Source of the DNA: Elsinoe ampelina
Lineage: Eukaryota
Assembly: GCA_010093995.1 (NCBI GenBank)
Contig: ML992503.1
Span: forward strand, 2,186,919 to 2,250,918
Length of the DNA stretch: 64,000 nucleotides
Direction of reading: 5' to 3'
In this document: one piece after another, positions 61,217-64,000 of the stretch
Position numbering within the stretch: the first letter of the stretch is position 1
Layout of the letters: each line of letters starts with the position of its first letter
Notes under the pieces: generated by a model
The model's database searches: none
What the model was told of the DNA's origin: nothing
Seen by the model: the letters and a program-made list of their open reading frames with translations, nothing else
Made by a program: the position numbers and the translations under genes

Positions 61217-62300
61217 ATGGAAGCGACCTTCGAAGATTTGTTGAATCTACCGGACTCACCTATATCGGAACTACCATCTCCGCACCATACTTTGCAAGGG
61301 TCGCCAGAAGCCGGTCCAGAGGCATCTTCCACTACCGGGCGTGCCAGACGGAGTCGAGCACAGAAACGCAAAGCCCAAGATGATGACGACGAGGAAGAAG
61401 ATTGGACAAAGGTACAGGACATGGCAGAAAGAAGAAAGATTCAGAACCGTAATGCTCAGAGGACATATCGTAAGCGCTTGTATGCCTCTCTGCTCGATCT
61501 TTTTCTGACTGCGACGAGGCAAGAAGAGAAAGCAGCCAAAGAACACTGCAGCTTCTTTGCCAACGGAGCAAGAGCCAAGGTCAGAAACAATGCATCGTAC
61601 CTTGTCTCAACCCACCGCTGCGACGCCAGGCCCAGTGCAAGCACATGTGGATACCCCCGTGGCTGGACAACGGGATGAGGCCGTCGAAGCTTCACTCGAT
61701 GAGCTACCTAATACTGAAGACTTTATGTTTGATGCCGGTTTCTTCAGCAGCAACGACTTGAATTTGCTAGACCTTGACTTTGTCCAGACTGGTGGTACTA
61801 TCAACAGCGTCCCAGAGCATAATGCAGGTCCCGCAGATCACGAGGGTCAACCATCAGCCGTTCGTGTCGCTCCGCGGAGCCAACAGAGCCAACAAACGAA
61901 AGTGCGATCAGCCTTGCGGCTTGCCCTGCAGAATGGTCACTACTCGACTGCAAAGGTGCTTCTCAAAAATAGTCCAGCCCTTGTTGTCACACCCAAAGGA
62001 GAAGCGTCTATCCTTCAACAATTGAGGGACGCAGGACAACACGAACTATTGAGTGATCTTTGTACCGCACAGACAGCCGACGACTGTACAGTCATGCATC
62101 TTCTTGCAGCGAGCGGGAGCACTGCTGACATTGATATCCTTCTCGGAGGGACTGTAGACCTGGAAGCAACAGATAGTGAAGGCAAGACCGCGCTGCACGT
62201 CGCAGCAGCCAACGGGCACACAGACGCTGTGAGACTACTTGCTTCAAAAGGGGCCAACATCAAAGCACTTGTTCGACCGAGGAACAACTCTGGAGCATAG
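61217..62300 (+). CDS. Basic-region + ankyrin (bANK, ToxE/Aps2-like) transcription factor
   Basis: DWTKVQDMAERRKIQNRNAQRTYR|KKRK, intron 61470-61518, no leucine heptads, C-terminal GKTALHVAA ankyrin repeats. Confidence 0.8.
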
Positions 62301-62423
62301 GTGAATATGCTCATATCGAATATCGAAGGACGATTCAAATTCGCAAAACAGACCCCCAACTCAGACAAAGAATATAGCAAGCTGCAAAACCGAAAACCTC
62401 CCCAAAACAAAGTCCCAAGAGTA

Positions 62424-64000
62424 CTACGCCTCCAGCTCTATCCCAGGTGCTGTGAGCATTCCCGCCAACATGACCGCCTGATCTTTGAACGTGTGTCTCT
62501 GCAAAACATCCTCCACCACCACACCATAGCCCTGCCTCTGTAGCGATGTGGCCAAATATGCCGCCGAGACCAAATCACCTCCGACATCGAAGAAGGAGTC
62601 TGTCAATTGATACACTGTGCCCCTCTCGGCACGAAGAGCCTCCTTCCACAGCTCCTGCAGATTCGTCCGTATGCGTGCCACCATAGCTTCGTCAGAATTG
62701 CGCAGCCCAGCTGAGCTCTGCCGACCCTCACCCACCTCCCCGCTCCCCTCTGTCGTCATCATCAACCCTCCATTCGCCGGTAGCGGAAACACCGCCCTCC
62801 CCTCCTGCAAATCCATCCCCACCACCCTCTCCTCCCCATATAACACCCCAACCTTCTCCTCAAACTTATCCACCATCACCCTCAAATGCCCCTCCCCGAT
62901 CGCCTCACAAAGCGACACGATCCCCACCACCACCCGCTCATTCTCCACGGCCGTATGCACAGCCACATGCGCCATCTCCGCCGGACGACAAAAGCTCGCC
63001 GTCTCGTACCCCACATCCCCCAAACGGAAAGCAGGGGCGGAGCTGATATGGTCGTCGTGCTGGAATATCGAGCCGAATTTGACCCAGCTGGGCCAGGGGG
63101 TGCAGTGCTTGATGATGTCTCGGAGAGACGTCAGCTCGTAGGGGATGGTGTCGGAGAGTTGGCTTTGGACTTGGCTGAGCAGTTGGTGGGTGGTTTGCTC
63201 TGGGCGGAGTGAGATGCGGACGGGGATGATGTTGATGCATGCGCCGACGACGGTGTCGATGCCGGCGAGGGGGAGGTTGCGGCCTGCTATGGTGACGAGG
63301 AAGGTGGCGTTGGGGATTTGGAGGAGGTCTATTAGGGTGAGGGCCCATGCTGTGCGCATGTATGTCGCTGTGGTGTGGCTGCGGGATGTGTTTGGGTGCA
63401 GGGGGAGCTTGCGGACCGCTTTGGGAAGTGCTCGGATGTTGAGTGGGTAATTGGGTTGCTGGTGGTTGACCAGAGAGCTCGGGGAGGAATCCCTGAGATA
63501 CGATTGCCAGTATTCTTTCCAGTCCGCTGGCTGCGAAGCCCGCAGCTGCTGAACGTAGGCGGGAAATGTGCTGCTGTTAGGTCTCCTTGCTTTGGCCTCG
63601 TAGTGGTCTGAGATGGACTGCCAGATCGATGGGACACACAAGCCATCGTATTGAGCGTGAGATAGTCGGATGACTATGGTGTGCTCCTTCGTGTCGTTGT
63701 TGTTGATGATGAAGAACTTCAAAGACTTGTCGCTCAGATGGAGTGGTCGTTCGAGGTCCCGAGCGCAAATTGTTCTTGCCACTCGTCGAGTCTCCTCATG
63801 AGTCTCATAGCACTCCAATACAATACTCTCCATGGCCATTACCACTTGGAGAAGGCTTCCCTCGCACTGGACGAACCTCGTCCTCAACATTTCGCAGGAC
63901 GCCGTCGTCTTGTTCAGCGCATCTTGGAAGCGATCCAAGTCGCATCCACCCCTCGCAGAGAACAGGAAGTAGCCCATAAGACCCCGGTTCATTCTCAACC
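62424..64000 (-). CDS. NRPS C-terminus: terminal condensation domain plus degenerate carrier domain; runs off the window
   Basis: CEMLRTRF, RLSHAQYDG, GRNLP..VVGACINIIPVR, DSFFDVGGDLVSA. Confidence 0.92.
   Translation of the reverse strand, partial: LRMNRGLMGYFLFSARGGCDLDRFQDALNKTTASCEMLRTRFVQCEGSLLQVVMAMESIVLECYETHEETRRVARTICARDLERPLHLSDKSLKFFIINNNDTKEHTIVIRLSHAQYDGLCVPSIWQSISDHYEAKARRPNSSTFPAYVQQLRASQPADWKEYWQSYLRDSSPSSLVNHQQPNYPLNIRALPKAVRKLPLHPNTSRSHTTATYMRTAWALTLIDLLQIPNATFLVTIAGRNLPLAGIDTVVGACINIIPVRISLRPEQTTHQLLSQVQSQLSDTIPYELTSLRDIIKHCTPWPSWVKFGSIFQHDDHISSAPAFRLGDVGYETASFCRPAEMAHVAVHTAVENERVVVGIVSLCEAIGEGHLRVMVDKFEEKVGVLYGEERVVGMDLQEGRAVFPLPANGGLMMTTEGSGEVGEGRQSSAGLRNSDEAMVARIRTNLQELWKEALRAERGTVYQLTDSFFDVGGDLVSAAYLATSLQRQGYGVVVEDVLQRHTFKDQAVMLAGMLTAPGIELEA

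Overview
Eukaryotic DNA from a filamentous ascomycete (Pezizomycotina; short GT-AG introns with CTRAY branch sites and RIP-mutated repeats; finer taxonomy cannot be fixed from sequence alone). It holds about 25 spliced genes: housekeeping genes (myosin light chain, Fhit/HNT2, KRR1, RS-cyclophilin, ORC4, Nur1/Mug154, VMA7, NPC2, CDC73, MCD4, EFM7, EFM4), CAZymes (CE16, GH35, GH79), a GH35 + lactose-permease-like + Zn2Cys6 trio, and the left edge of an NRPS cluster (ankyrin protein, 2OG-Fe(II) dioxygenase, basic-region/ankyrin TF, NRPS C-terminus). The two ORF-free AT-rich blocks are RIP-degraded transposons that can be read by treating TAA/TAG as former CAA/CAG/TGG. (1) 4751-8308 is a DD34E Tc1/IS630-type element with perfect 34-bp TIRs and a TA duplication; it carries a second, convergent ~700-codon gene of unknown function. 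(2) 20329-32652 is a Copia element with a complete chromovirus-type Gypsy element nested in its integrase. The Gypsy has an extended Gag, an A-AAA-AAC frameshift site and an antisense ORF with Zn2Cys6-spaced cysteines. A repeated C-rich to G-rich strand-skew switch crosses many genes regardless of orientation. All de-RIP translations and splice models are manual, and no database search was run.
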